From Patellaria atrata CBS 101060 (Eukaryota), in the NCBI GenBank assembly GCA_010093705.1, contig MU006093.1, forward strand, positions 1,075,301-1,139,300: a stretch of DNA of 64,000 bases. The letters run 5' to 3'. The notes beneath the pieces were generated by a model, which did not search any database, was not told the origin of the DNA, and saw only the letters and a program-made list of their open reading frames with translations. The translations under genes and the position numbers were made by a program. This document shows, in pieces, positions 27,302 through 41,500 of this stretch (the first letter of the stretch is position 1; each line of letters opens with the position of its first letter).

Positions 27302-28699
27302 ATGAAGATCACTTTCAAAGATCTCAAGCAGCAGAAGTTCGTCATCGAAGCGGAGCCTTCTGAGCTCGTATGTTCACCTCGTGGCCGCCCATTCACCTCA
27401 CATGGGAGTTACTTTACTGACTGGAACATGTAGATTTCAGATGTCAAGGCCAGGATCTCCGCAGAAAAGGGCTGGGAACCATCTTTACAGAAGTTGATTT
27501 ATTCAGGTAATACAGGTGTCCTCGTCCATCCCTCAAGAGCTCACAGGTGTTCTCTCACCTAGGCAAAATTCTTCAAGATGGCAACACAGTAGAGTCTTAC
27601 GGAATCGAGGAGAAAGGCTTCATCGTCTGTATGATCTCAAAGGTGTGCCTCATCCTCATTTCCTCGCATACACGCGCTTACTCTCTCTAGCCCAAAGCAG
27701 CTCTTGCAGCATCCTCGAGCAAAGCATCCCCCTCCACGCCCACTCCTCAACGTGTATCTACTCCGTCTGCGCCAACTGCCCCCGCTCCTGCGGCAGTTAG
27801 TTCAAATTCAGCACCACCGGCAACTCCGTCTCCCGCGCCAGCTGCTACCACGTCAACGGAATCTTCCAGCTTCAACGACCCTTCAGCGCTCACGATTGGT
27901 CCCCAGCGCGATGCAGCAGTTGCAAATATGGAAGCTATGGGATTTCCAAGAGCAGAGATTGATCGAGCCATGCATGCCGCATTCAACAACCCAGACCGAG
28001 CAGTTGAATATCTGCTAAACGGCATTCCTGAAAACGCTCGACGCGAGGAGCGACGACAAGAAGCTCCGCCTACAGCTCCAGCTGGTTCAGCTCGTTCTCC
28101 GCCTCCTACCACCGGAGCTGCTCCGACCGCAACCACAGGAGGTGATGAACCCGTGAATCTCTTTGAAGCAGCGGCACAGGCTGGCCAAGGTAACCGTGGA
28201 GGTGCAGGATTGGGGGCTCGAGGTGCTGGCGCCCGTTCAAGTGGAATGGAAACTGGAGGTCTCTCCGCCTCGAGCCTTGATTTTCTCAGGAACAATCCCC
28301 AGTTCCAGCAACTTCGACAAGTTGTGCAGCAACAACCTCAAATGCTTGAGCCAATCCTCCAGCAAGTGGGCGCTGGGAACCCACAATTAGCACAATTGAT
28401 TGCGCAAAACCCAGAACAGTTCCTTCAATTGCTTTCCGAGGATGCTGATGAGGATGCGCCTTTGCCACCAGGCGCACAAGCAATAAGTGTTACCGAAGAG
28501 GAGCGAGAAGCAATTGAAAGGGTAAGTTACAGCATACTCCGAGCAGTAGTACATTAGATGTCAAGGTACTAATATAACTTAGCTCTGCCGCCTCGGCTTC
28601 GAGAGAGACCTCGTCATTCAAGCATACTTCGCCTGCGATAAGAACGAGGAGCTTGCAGCAAACTTCTTATTCGATCAACCGGAGGACGACGATCAGTAA
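27302..28699 (+). CDS. RAD23: UV excision repair protein Rad23 (UBL-UBA-XPC binding-UBA)
   Basis: [35 protein letters not shown]-binding [28 protein letters not shown]-terminal [18 protein letters not shown]; four introns. Confidence 0.97.
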
Positions 28700-29665
28700 C
28701 TTCAAGCTTTCTAAGTTCTCTTTCGATTTACGGTCGGCGAATGGTCCCTTCCAATGGAAACTCCCTTCTTACACTTCCCCCTAAATGTGTAGTGTTCCTC
28801 GCTCTAATTTGCTACGTGCCTACCCCTTTCTTCTTCTTCTCACTCGGTCATGATACTCTTTCCAACTTACTATGGCGACGAGTCGAACGAATGATTCGGT
28901 ATGGAGGGTAGATAACAGGCGTGCTGATTTGAAGGTAAACTAGATGCCTGCAGATAGCTGGTGAAGTAAAACTATTCGAATTGGACTTTCAACATGACCA
29001 AAAGCTAAAGAACTGCTCGGTACTTCAAGTGCTTTGGAATGTGAAATGCCCTCGATATCTTTCAGTGACTTTTGTATCTTCTGCTGGCGCGCGCACCCCT
29101 TTTCTTCTATCGATTCTCGTGAAGAGTAGCTCTGCGCACAGTGACAGACGTAAAGTATACTATTCGAAACTGAAATCGCCTGTTCTTGCCTATCATTGCG
29201 AAACCGGTCTCTTATCCATTCTACACCTAAGTATCTGATTATGCGGATTTTACCCCTTTTCTCCCCTTTACCGTCTACCGTATCCGCTCTTTTTCTTTTA
29301 AGACCCTTAGTAAAACGGGAACTACCTTATCTACCTACACTACCATTGTTTTCTAGAGTGGCTGGACAAATGGCTGTGGTAGGTGTGGTGCAGTACGTCC
29401 CTTATAAATCAGCTAGTAGTAAATGGATATTGTGGATTCGGTAAGTATCAATTACGAGAGAGGTATATACTGTACCATTATTCCTCGACGCCGGACATAC
29501 ATAATGTTTCCTCGTCGTGCGAAATGATGGGCATAGATTCTACTAACCTTGTCTATAGTGGTATTGGTAGTCTAAGATAACCTTGCGCGTAAAGATACTT
29601 TAGACTCCTTCTTTGCCTAACATCCATAGGAGGTTTGGGATAGATTCTGGAGTACTTACTTTCTA

Positions 29666-29808
29666 GGTAGGGCGCTTAGTTTATGGAGTGCTTAGTTCAT
29701 AGATTGCTTACTTTATGGAGTTATTACCTTATAGAGTGCTTAGCTTACAGTGTGCTTAACTTATGGATTATTTAGTTTATAGAGTGTTTGGCTTATAGAG
29801 TGCTTAAT
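29666..29808. repeat. 16-bp minisatellite (consensus TTATAGAGTGCTTAGY), 8 full units plus 1 partial
   Basis: Units start at 29681, 29697, 29713, 29729, 29745, 29761, 29777 and 29793. Confidence 0.9.
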
Positions 29809-30227
29809 TTCTGTACTTTCTAGGTTTAATATATAAATACTAAGAATACGTCTTTAACGGCTAGTACACTGGTGTTAAGATAGCTAATGAAAGTGTGACC
29901 TAGTGCTTTGAGCATTCTCGAGTTTTGAGGTTTTGAAAGGGTTCGAGATGAATAAATAACATACAGACTTAAAATATGGAGAAATAGGATTTGTACGGTC
30001 CACAATCGGAACAAGACTTATCACCTTTCTGGCCCCCCGGCAGCGATTCGATATTTCAAGCCAAGAATGAGAGCAGCACGTTTTACGTTCCTTAAACAAG
30101 TCTCTACGCTTAAGTGTCCGAAAACTAATAGAATATTCCTTCGCCATGGTTGCATTGCGTATGTTGGTATCCTATTCTATTGCGCGCCGAACTCTCTGTT
30201 TGTAACCGATCCCCTATCCCTTATCCC

Positions 30228-33200
30228 CTATCCCCACGCTTCGGCGGCCCCTTCCCACTCCGTTCCTCCCTGCTGCTGCGGCGCCTCCTCCTGCTGTCCT
30301 TCATCCTGTCCTATTTCCGGAATCCCCGTCCACCCTAATTTCTCCAACTCCCTGCGAAAGAAATCTTGTTCCTCCTTCAACACACCCTTCGCCTCGCCCA
30401 TTTTATCCTCATAATTCCTCAAGTTCCACCAATGCGTAAGCGCCCTAAGCGCCTGCTCCAGCGGAACACTCTCGTCGACTTCCGCATCGACATCACTACC
30501 CGCGAGCCAGTCATCTCTGAGCTCGGGACGACAGTGCAGGTATATGGCGGTGATGACGCGCATGTTGGACTGGCGCCATTTGCGGCCGCAGTAGGGAACC
30601 TGTGACTTGAAGAGTTTGAGGGTGTAAAGCCGAAGTAGCGGTTGTGGGACCTTGAGACACTTGCGCAGAAATTGGGATGACTTGTATTGCACCATGAGAA
30701 GGTTGCGGTGTGCTTTGCCTTTGCATATCTTTTGCATGATGCGCAAGTAGTTTATGCTGGTGAAGAAATTGCGCCAGGAGAAGCTAGTGATGGGCTCGGA
30801 GGGGAGGTCTGTGGTAGGGATTCCGAGTTCGTCGACTTCGGGGATGCGTGTAGGGGATTTGGAGAGAGGGGATCTGCTGCCGGGAGAAATGGGGAGTGAG
30901 CGGTTGCGTCGAATGGGTGGTGGGATCGCATCGTCGCTGTCCGAATCTTTGTCAAGATCACTCAGTGTCGGCTCTTCTATCCCTTTGCGCGAATGAGACC
31001 GAGTAAAGTAGAAAAAGCTAGATTGTATTAGTAGAGGTACTGCTAAGAAGAATTTTATGGGAACATACTTCAACTCCTCTCGATCACATCTATAATTGAC
31101 AACCCTTTCTAATTCCTGTGTTTGTAGCAACTTTAGAACGAGGATGAGGTAGTTGGAATCAAGTAGTAATTGAGTCAGATACTCGAATTTGAGAACGTCT
31201 TGTTGAACGGTCAGTAAGAAGCCTTTATATGTAGCAGATGCAACAGGGTATTACTAACGAGACACTTTGAACCATTTTAGAAGTAATATTAGGATACCGG
31301 ATGTCGCCTTTCCCGCAATCTCCTGATTCCGGATTGTATCCAATTCTTCTGCTGTGGCCTTGGACATGTCAGGTAGAAGTGGACCCGTTCCGTTTATAGC
31401 ATTTTTGTTGGCTGCGTTGCCATTTGGACCATCTCCATAAGGTATAGCACTCGTAATGCCATTAGGTCCAGCACTTTGTTGAGTATGCTGCTGCGTTACT
31501 AATGTTGATACCGTTGCTAGGAGGCTTTTCATTACCACCATCACTACGGACTGTAGATTTGGCAGGCAGGTCGCCTGAAATTCGTTAGTCTCGTCTCGTA
31601 CTGGAGAATAAAGGGAAGACATACATAATAATCCTCTACTAGTTGCATACGTTGCTCTATACTTCCATCTGGATATTCTAGTTTAGTCTCCTCCTTTGCC
31701 TTTAGGTTACCGTTACTTATTTTTTGGTTATCACCGGAGTTGTCGGGAGCAAAAGGGTCAAGACAAAAAGCTGTTATACCATCCGTTTCATTAGTAGGAT
31801 CATCAGTTGGTCCAGTCCAACCTCGATCGTATTTCATGAAACGAACGCGCTCTTCCCATAGCTGTTTCATAGCTCGAGTAGCTCTCATCCGCTTAGCGAA
31901 GAGTTCTGCTGCTTCTAATATTGAAGCTGGAATATCACTACCCTTCCATTTCCGGCCAACAAGTATATCTTGAAGATCGGTACTCCCTTTCCCACCTAGA
32001 TTGTTGCTTGATTCATCAAGGGGAGGGTATAGAAAGGGGAACATCTGGTTAGTCTGATAATTCTGTTTCTTGCCGCCTTTACCCCCAGGACCAGCAGGAG
32101 ACGGCGGGGGAGACGGTGCAGGCGTAGCTATGTGCACAGGCTGATGAATGATAGATGCTCCATGGCCTTGTCCGTTTCCTAACCCAACTGCAAAAGGGTC
32201 TGGACCTGTAGCTTTACTTGGATGGTTTTTCAGTGGAGGGAGGATCGAGTTATTGTCAGGCTCTAATGGGAATAGAGGAGGAGGTGGATTGTAAGCAGGA
32301 TACTTGGAGGTAATCTCCTGCCGGAACGCATGATAATCAAGAGGGGAAGCGGTGATCAAGGGATGCCCAACCTTATCTTGCTCGATCTCATCTTCACGAA
32401 AGCTTGCCTTCGCTTTATTTACAAAGTCTAGACCTCCGAAGTAGACCAGGATCGTTTTCCAATAAATAAGGATCATCTAACTTGTTAGAACTTCCCGATA
32501 ATGGTTATGCCAGTTGACATACCTTGGACTGTGGTAGTGAAATAGACTCATCCCAACGTAACTTTGTAAGAATTCCCGTCAGCGTAAGTAGAAAGCCGGG
32601 GTTTAGATTTACTATAAGCACCTGTTAGACGTACACAATAGACATGTCAATCATGCAAACATACGGAGAGTTGATCGAAAAGCAGCGCGTGTTTTACTAT
32701 TATCGCTAGTTCGACCGACTTCCAGCAGAAAGTAAGTGAGTGTGAGAATACACCACACCTCACGGCGATTTGCCTCATTCTCCTCGACAGAAATCTCCTT
32801 ATCAACCATTTCGGGTGAACTAAAGACGTCAACCCACATTCACATTTCAGTCTATGATTTGACTCACCATTCTCTTGCGCAGATCGACTGGAGGACAGCA
32901 TATATAGGTTTTACTCCATTATGGTCATGGATTGTAGCGATGTTTCGACGTATCCACTCCAGCTGTAAAGCAGAATTTGTGAAGGTAGATTTTCCGTTAG
33001 GAACCTGGGATTCGCTTTCCTGACCATTGGACGAAGAAGAAGGCTGGTCCTGAGCTGCCTCTCCAGCTGTTTCATACCAACAGCCTAGGGCGATATATAC
33101 TAAGGATTCTAGATTTCGCAACCTAGCCGAACTATCCAGATGTTGTATTCCAACTAGACACTGATCAATGAAGTGTGCACGTGATTCAGAGTTTGACTTC

Positions 33201-33751
33201 GTCCAATCAATATCGCCTCGTTGATACTCCTCAATGTCTGCCCCTTTGTACGTCGCCCATTCCGCCAGGAAAGACGCTTTAGCCTTAAGCATCATAGCTT
33301 GCTCCTCTATACTGTATGAGAACCACTCCTCGATTTCCTCAGGGAAGCTAGCCGTATCTTCGTATTTGAAGGCATATGGTGTAGGCTCTATGCGGGGCAT
33401 TTCATTTACAATCCTTCGTAGCTGCATCAGGGACAATGAGCTGGGCATCTCGGCTTCTTGAGGAGGTGGAGGCGCGGGAGGCAGTTGCTGGGGAGGAGGA
33501 ACAAATTTGTCCCGTCGAATGCTAGGTCGCAATGGTACCGACACTCTATCCTTAGGCTTTGGGACCTTCATACCGTCAACTCCAAGCTCTTTCAAAGCTA
33601 CGATATCCTGAGGAGCACTATTCTCCTCATTGGTTGCAGCAGATGGACCCTGGATAGGATCTCCAGAGAGTATCAGTTCATCGGCCTCATCAACTCCATG
33701 AGGAATCTCAGGCGCACTCTCACAGACGGAATCGGTGGGCGTAGGCTCCAT
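30228..33751 (-). CDS. FAR11: STRIPAK subunit Far11/HAM-2/STRIP1 (N1221 + DUF3402)
   Basis: HPLITASPLDYHAFRQEITSKYPAY, ILILLLKWFKVSH and KSQVPYCGRKWRQSNMRVITAIYLHCRPELRDDWL motifs; multi-exon. Confidence 0.95.
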
Positions 33752-34200
33752 GCTGAATCATTCAGCGGTTGGTAAAACGCGTTAGGTATGTTGGTGTACG
33801 TAACACCTCTGTGCCGTACATGGTCGATGTGAGGATCTAGAATCTCATACTTGTAAAGCAATTCATGTACAAACAGAAGGGGCCCTGGAGTGTTAAATAC
33901 AGTGGTGTTCGATACTACCGTTCTTGTCCCAAGATCAGCGTCTTAAGGTAAGGTAGAGGGCCCGAAGATATGCCGACTCTTAAAGCTGTTTTGATGTGTC
34001 GTGCACGACCTGATACGATGCTTGGATCAGTTCAACCTAGGGAAGGAAATGGCGGGGAAGTAATAAAGCATGGTGGGACGCTGCTGTACATAATTCAATC
34101 ATTTTACATTTTATATTTACATTTTGGAGCAGGCCTCTAATGGGCCGAAATGCGATAGTGGTACAGCACCTTTTTCTTTTGTACAGGTACAATCATGGCT

Positions 34201-35469
34201 CTACACCCACTCCACGGGCTTCTTTAATACTTCCAACAGCCTCTCCTCCCTGCTCCCTTTCTCTGGTTCGTGCATATACTGCCATCTCGCCGTTAACGGT
34301 AGACTCATCAATATACTCTCAACCCTGGCTCCAGGCGTGTTTAACCCAAAACTCGTACCTCTATCATGGACAAGGTTGAACTCAACATATCTTCCTCGCC
34401 TTAGTTGCTGCCACTGCTTCTCTGCCTCTGTGTAAGGCAGATCTTTCCTTTTTTCAATAATTGGTAGGTACGACGGGAGGAATGCAGCAAGTGCTTCCGT
34501 CACGAAAGCAAACAGCTGCTCGCGGTCCTTGGTCGTCTCGTCCAAGTCATCGAAGAAGATGCCTCCCACACCTCGGGATTCGTTTCGGTGTGTATTACGG
34601 AAGTATTTATCACACCAAGCTTTGAAGTGTGGAAAGTATGAGCGATCGTGGTTGTCGCATGCGGTTTTTAGCGTCCGATGGAAATGAATAGCGTCCTCGT
34701 CGAATAGATAAGAGGGAGTGAGATCTGAACCTCCGCCAAACCACCAGGCATTTGGTGAACCATCAGCGTTTGCTGTCTCAAAATATCTGTAGTTCAGGTG
34801 GACCGTTGGAGCCATGGGGTTACGGGGATGTAGGACGAGACTCAATCCTGCAGCAAAGAACTCTAGAGATTCAACATCCGGGTCTAAAGCTTTATGGTTT
34901 ACACGCATTTTCTCGATCGCCGGTCGTGGAAGTACACCATAGACGATGGAAATATTGACACCTGCTTTTTCGAACACGTTTCCTTCTTGCAGCACACAAG
35001 TGATACCCCCTCCCCCTGATGGACGATCCCAGCTATCTACTTGAAATTTCTTCCCATCCACCTTCTCTAACGCCGCTACAATCTCTTTTTGGTGCGTCTT
35101 GATAAGTTGCTCCATACGCAGGCGCATGGGGGAAGAGGAAGTAACGCCGTTTTCGCGCTTCGTAAGGGCGTCGCGGTCAGCGATTGTAGGACCTTCAGAT
35201 TGTTGGACATTGCCATTGGCCATTGAGTATGCAAGAGCGCCCATGAAGACGGCGCCAATTGCTATACTGACCTTTGGATTCGTGTTGTGCTTCAATCGCG
35301 GGGAATGGGGAGTGGTTGGGGGTCCAGGATGTGCAGCCCCAGAGGCTGATATATTTCGTCGCGAACTGCATGCTGACGGGAATTTGGACGGCAACTGACG
35401 GAAGGAGTGAATTGTCTCTTGAGTAGTAGATGTCCTCAACAGGCGGGTAGTGGAACGGAGCGAGGCCAT
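34201..35469 (-). CDS. HEM13: Oxygen-dependent coproporphyrinogen III oxidase with a mitochondrial-type presequence
   Basis: GNVFEKAGVN, WWFGGGSDLTP and QQLRRGRYVEFNLVHDRGTSFGL motifs; ATG at 35469; single exon. Confidence 0.97.
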   Translation of the reverse strand: MASLRSTTRLLRTSTTQETIHSFRQLPSKFPSACSSRRNISASGAAHPGPPTTPHSPRLKHNTNPKVSIAIGAVFMGALAYSMANGNVQQSEGPTIADRDALTKRENGVTSSSPMRLRMEQLIKTHQKEIVAALEKVDGKKFQVDSWDRPSGGGGITCVLQEGNVFEKAGVNISIVYGVLPRPAIEKMRVNHKALDPDVESLEFFAAGLSLVLHPRNPMAPTVHLNYRYFETANADGSPNAWWFGGGSDLTPSYLFDEDAIHFHRTLKTACDNHDRSYFPHFKAWCDKYFRNTHRNESRGVGGIFFDDLDETTKDREQLFAFVTEALAAFLPSYLPIIEKRKDLPYTEAEKQWQQLRRGRYVEFNLVHDRGTSFGLNTPGARVESILMSLPLTARWQYMHEPEKGSREERLLEVLKKPVEWV

Positions 35470-36428
35470 AATCCCTTCACACAGTAAGGACAAGTAGACG
35501 GTGAAACAGAAGATGGTGAATTAGAATGCTATGAGGAAGACATCGAAAGTTTCTGGGTCCGTTTACAAGTTTGCGCCGGGGAGATACATTGCGGTATGGT
35601 TATGGTGGCATGAGAAAGTTGAATATCAAATTTCTATTCACTATAAAAAATGTATGCATGAAGTCAGGCCATCATCGCGAACACCAGACGAGCCTTTGAG
35701 CCCAGATTCCCCGATTACCGACAATGGTCACGTGCCTCACCGGAAGCATTATATCACCGCAAAAGACACAGTGAAAAGACGGGACTCATCAGAGGGGATC
35801 CAACGCTGACAAAAAGAGAGATGAGTAACAACGTCACAGCCTAATGTTTGGGATCATGTGCTAGAGGCGAATGCGCCAACATGTCTCGCTCAGGTACAGT
35901 ACAGACAACAAGTGACTCGGTCCATAGGCGGCGGAGCATTCATTGACTGTTCTAGCTCTAACTATGACTGTAACAGCGAATAATCAACGTTGTAGTCAAA
36001 GCAGACACCGCAGACAAAGCCCATGAGCTTCATGAAAGCCAGCACTCACAAACCTGTATAACAATAAAGCACCACCTCAAGAAACAGCCACGCAAGAGAC
36101 TTTTGTACCAGTTCAACATATCAAACGAAACTAATCGACTAGTTCTAGTAACGATATTCTCTGATATTTACAGAGTTTGTTCAAGCTTATTCATTGACGT
36201 TCACACCGCCGCGTCCACCTCTAGGGCTTCTTGAAACTAAAAGGCCCGAGCCACCGCCCAGCTCCCACACCTGCCCCTCGCTCTACGCCATCTACTTCTG
36301 CCTTCTGCCTACTTCATCCTCCGCTCCCTCCCACCTCCATCTAACCTCATCTACAAACACCGCGCGACAGCCCTTCTTTAACCCTACTCACAACTTCATA
36401 CACATCCACACAACCTAACAAAAACAAC

Positions 36429-36972
<544 letters not shown>

Positions 36973-37697
36973 TAACGGCTATCTGCACGGTTTGAGCTCT
37001 GTTGGCGTTAGTACATTGTATTCTTTGGGGTAGGGGGTAACGAGTTCAGAATGGGTACTAGCGCACGCTCTAGATTGCAGTTGGAGACAAATGGTCGTGC
37101 GTGTTGGCTTTGTTGAGCGGACGAGAAGTCACGGTGACCCAAAGTCCAACACGGGGACAAACAACAATCTTTTGAGCTGCGTGAGGTATATGACGTGACG
37201 GACATCCTACGGTACCTGCTCTTCCTCATGCAAGTTACGAATCTCGTCATGTGGTAGCATAGATAGCAGAATACTATTGCTTTTCAAGCCGCTGGTTCCG
37301 ATATGTCCGGCCTGTCTGAAACGTGACAGTGTGAGAGTGAGCGTGACATGGATTACAGGATCTGTGATCCAAAATAGAGATGATCCGGCCCTATCTATAT
37401 GTCCCCTGAAACCAGAAGCAGTTCGCAGAGAAGGCACATTGTTATGCAGGTCCCAAATTCTTGCAATACCAGAGATCAAGCCCCACCCCCGCCTGAGCCG
37501 CCGCCAGTGCCTGCCAGGGGAGTGCGGCTTCTCCCGCCCCCGACATTCGCAACGTCAAGCTTCGAGCTCCACGAGCTTCAAGCTTGGCCAGTACCAGCTT
37601 TTCGTCCACCATAACAAAACCGAAAAGCATCAGCCCAGCCCCGCATAGCGACCGTATTGTAATAAAAACGAGATCTCAACTTTCGAATCTCATCACA

Positions 37698-37936
37698 ATG
37701 CAACCCCGTCCAAACTACATCCTCTCCAAGTAACATCCCCCTCCACCCTCCCAATCAAAACTAAACTAACACACCCACCCAGATTCCTCGACCCCCCCTT
37801 CGCAATCCTCATAGGCCTTTCCGCAGCCCTCCTCCGCATCCATAACGTCGAATCCAGCCACGGCCGCACCTTCCCGCAGACCTTGGAGACCGCGAAGCGG
37901 CGGGTGCACATCGCGTGGGAGGAAAAGGGGCGATGA
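37698..37936 (+). CDS. NCE101: Non-classical export protein Nce101-like (61 aa)
   Basis: Exons 37698-37729 and 37783-37936 with intron GTAACA...CTAAC...CAG give MQPRPNYILSKFLDPPFAILIGLSAALLRIHNVE...KGR*. The YILSKxLDPxFAxxIG pattern matches Nce101. Confidence 0.8.
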
Positions 37937-38584
37937 AGCAGGCGAGCGTGGACGATTTGAGGGTTGTGGGAAGAGGAAGGTTTGAGTGATGGGAGTGGGT
38001 GATTATATGGAAGAGAATGTAGGAGGGTACGGGCACTGTACATAGGGACGGGAAAGTTTGAGGTGGTGATGTTTGAACGGGGATCAGGCGGTATGGGCCG
38101 GCTGATGGGAAGCGGTGGGATGGTTCTGGAGGGACGGCGCCAGTTTCGAGGGGGTTGGTACCGGGTGTGTGCTGGGGAACCGGTAGGGGAAGAGTGTACA
38201 TGTGTGTGGTAGACCCGGGGGAGACCTGCGGGCTAATTGTGGGGATTGGTTTGTGTACGGGATCTCCGAGCACTGGGTTATCCATATGGAGCAGGAGCGA
38301 GTTAGTGAAAGGGCTAGTACGGGTAGAGAGCAAAAGAGCAAGGCCGTACTTCCGCACAATTCCGTGGATATCTATGAGAGGTACTTGCCGGCCGTTTGGA
38401 CACCAGGTATAGGCTTTTCGAAGCTTCCGATTTCGCTGAGGGAGCGATATAACTCAGTGTTTCTTTCGAACGCGTATGCTTAATGACCATATGTAGTTAC
38501 AATGACGTGCTTTTTTCCACCTAAGCCCACGCCCCTTTTTGTGCGAAGATACAATTTAGTACCCTCTCACAGTTTCCAATCCCT

Positions 38585-41500
38585 TCACAAATAACCCTTC
38601 GCTCCAAGCCACTCTCTCACAACCTCCAAATCCCTCTCCTTATACCTCGCATTGCCCTCGACCGTATCCTTAACAACACCCAACGCACGATCATAACCCC
38701 TATTATCCTTCCTCTCAAAGAAATTCTCAATATCCTTTTGCACCTCCTTGCTCGCGAACTTGTTCAAGGTGAGCCTTACATACCGCTCCAGCACGACCAT
38801 ATTACCACTCAGCTGTTTATACACCACATCCTCCCAATTGTGCTTAATGTACTCCCACTGCGTGAGCCTGGTCTTCGCGTTCGCGGCTAACGAAGATGCA
38901 CCACTATGCTTGTCTTGGATCGCTACGGCATCAGAGAAATTGAACTCGATGAAGTCTTTGGCGAGCTCCGGTGTTTGGACCCGTCCGAGCGCCAGGAGGG
39001 CGATTTCCTTGCCGTCTAGGGAGGTTGTAGTCTTGAATTCTTCCTTGACTGCCTCATAGGCTTCGGGTCCACCATATGTGACGGCGATACGGAATATTGC
39101 GCTACGAAGACTTGGGTGTACGGCGGAGGTGTCTTCGCCGGATGTGAAGAGTTTGAAGCGTTTCTGGGCTTCAGAAACCACGCTGAAGATTTTTAGCTGA
39201 ATTCCTCAATACCGTAATAAATACACCTACCTCTCATGGCCGACTAGGCCTGCTTGTGCAATGAGAAGAGCGCGCAGTTGGCTCCTGAGGAAGTCTTCAC
39301 CCGCTGGGAAGTCCCAACCAAGCTGCTCAGTAGCTGGCGTGACTAACTTTAGGGTAAATTTCTTTAAAGCGTTGGAGACCTGTTCGTCCTCGGAGAATAC
39401 GGACCGAATATGACCTAAAGCATTAACTATCTGAGTCCAGACACTATAGCATGTTAGAGGCTAGCGTCATATACGGGGACATTACAGGATCGTACAGCAA
39501 GTTGGTCTCGTCTCCGAATCCTTCTACAAGAGACAGAACGCCAGTCGTCGTCCCCTCGCCGGAGATGGCTAGGGCAGCAGCATCTGCTACAAGACCAATC
39601 TTATCTTGGGTGCTGAGCTGGTTTCGCGTAGCCCCAAGTTTAACCAAACGAGGCGGTGGATAGTTGACCCTGTAGAAGCCTACTTGATCTGCATTGAGCT
39701 TATAGAATGTATCGTCGATCTCCCTGATAGTATGCTCCTTGGTTGTTAAAGCCCCCAACTTAACCGATGAAGTATCCGCCCCCGTCTTAAGATTGAGCGG
39801 AATCCACCAGGTCGTCTCATCCTCGTCCGGTTTAACATCTCCGGTCAATAGGAATCGACTTTGTTTTACGCTGATCTGTCCCGGTTCTTCTGCGATCGTC
39901 ACCACTGGAAATCCAATCTTGCGGATCCACGGATCCATAAAGGTGTTGACGTCTTTGCCAGATGCCTCGCTCAATGCAGACCAGAGGTCATTGGTTGTTG
40001 CATTGCCATATTGGTGTTTTTGCAAGTACTTTGATACCCCTAGCAGAAACGTATCTACAGTTAAATGAGCGCTTAGCATACGAATGACGGAGCTGCCTTT
40101 GAGATAGCTGATATGGTCGAATATTTGGTCGACCTCTAACGCATCGCGGACTGGCACTTCGATCGGGTGAGAGTTACGTAGTGAGTCCAACCCAAAGCCT
40201 GTTTGGAGAGATTCAGTCTATATCCTGTTAGCGGAATCTAAGTCTATATGTATACCTCTAGACATCGAACGTACGACAAACTGTGCCCAGACATCCCACT
40301 CTGGTTGAATGGTTAGTTATGAACTGTCATTTATGTAGTTGTATCACTTACCAGGGTAAAGGTGGTCTACAGCCAGCCAACCCACCCAAGTAGCAAAACC
40401 TTCATTTAGCCAAAGCTTGTTCACACGTTAGTCATACGTGGAGAAAAGGGTGGTTGATTTACTCACCTCGCTCCACCAATCCATTGTCACTAAATTCCCG
40501 AACCATTGATGTGCTAACTCATGGGATACAACGTACGCAACCCTGTTCCTGTACTTTTGATCTGACTTGGCCTCATCAAACAATACTGCCGTCGTTCTAC
40601 AATAAAAATTAGAGTACAGAAAAGAGACTTGGGACTAGATGTAACCTGCCTATAAGTGATAAGGCCCCAATTTTCCATAGCACCATGAGACTGAAAATTG
40701 GATTAGCGATTTCCGTTTCTTACAGGACGATGGTGGGTCTGAGATTTACTGAAAATGGCCGAGTCGACTTACAAATTCATGAACAGCAATTAGATCCACT
40801 TTAGGAAGAGGGTAGTCCACGCGGAAAATCTAGATTCATCAGCAAGACGGTCACGCTCACCGGATGGATTTCTATACGGACCTCAGAAAAGTAGTCAACG
40901 ATTTGATGGCAAACTTCTAACGCAAATCTTCCTTGCTCCTTAAGACCCTTGGTGGTGTATACTCGCACGGGGAGGCTCTTGCCGTTATACTTTCTCCGAG
41001 TGAAGTCTTCAACATATTCGAAGTCCCCGACAGCCCAGGCCAACAAATACGTACTCATAACAGGGGTCCTGTCGAACGAGACAATCTGAAGTCCACTCTT
41101 ATCTGCTTTTCTCACGTCCTTCATAGGCATGTTGCTTAGAGCAACCTGATCCTTGGGTATCTCGATCTCAAAGTCAAAGGTCGCCTTCAGATTTGGTTCG
41201 TCAAAGCAAGGAAAGGCTCTTCGTGCATCTGAAGATTCAAACTGAGTGCTGAACATGTAATGAAACTCATCATCCCGAGCTACAGATGCTGTAGCGGGAA
41301 CAGTAGGTTTGTAACGGGAACGGTAGAATCCAGCCATTAGCTTTTCCCAATTAGCGATCAGAGGAATTCCCCATCCTCTTTCTCTCTACTTACGTTGTTG
41401 ATCGTTCCTTGAAACTTGACCACAAGCTCTGCGGATGAAACAATTGGGAGATCATCGTCAAAAGTAAAAGTGGCACGTTGGAAGCGTTCATCATAAGAGA

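Noticed and set aside
37809..38357. 182-aa minus-strand ORF
   Set aside because: Pro/Thr-rich antisense reading of a G-rich region downstream of NCE101; no domain recognised.
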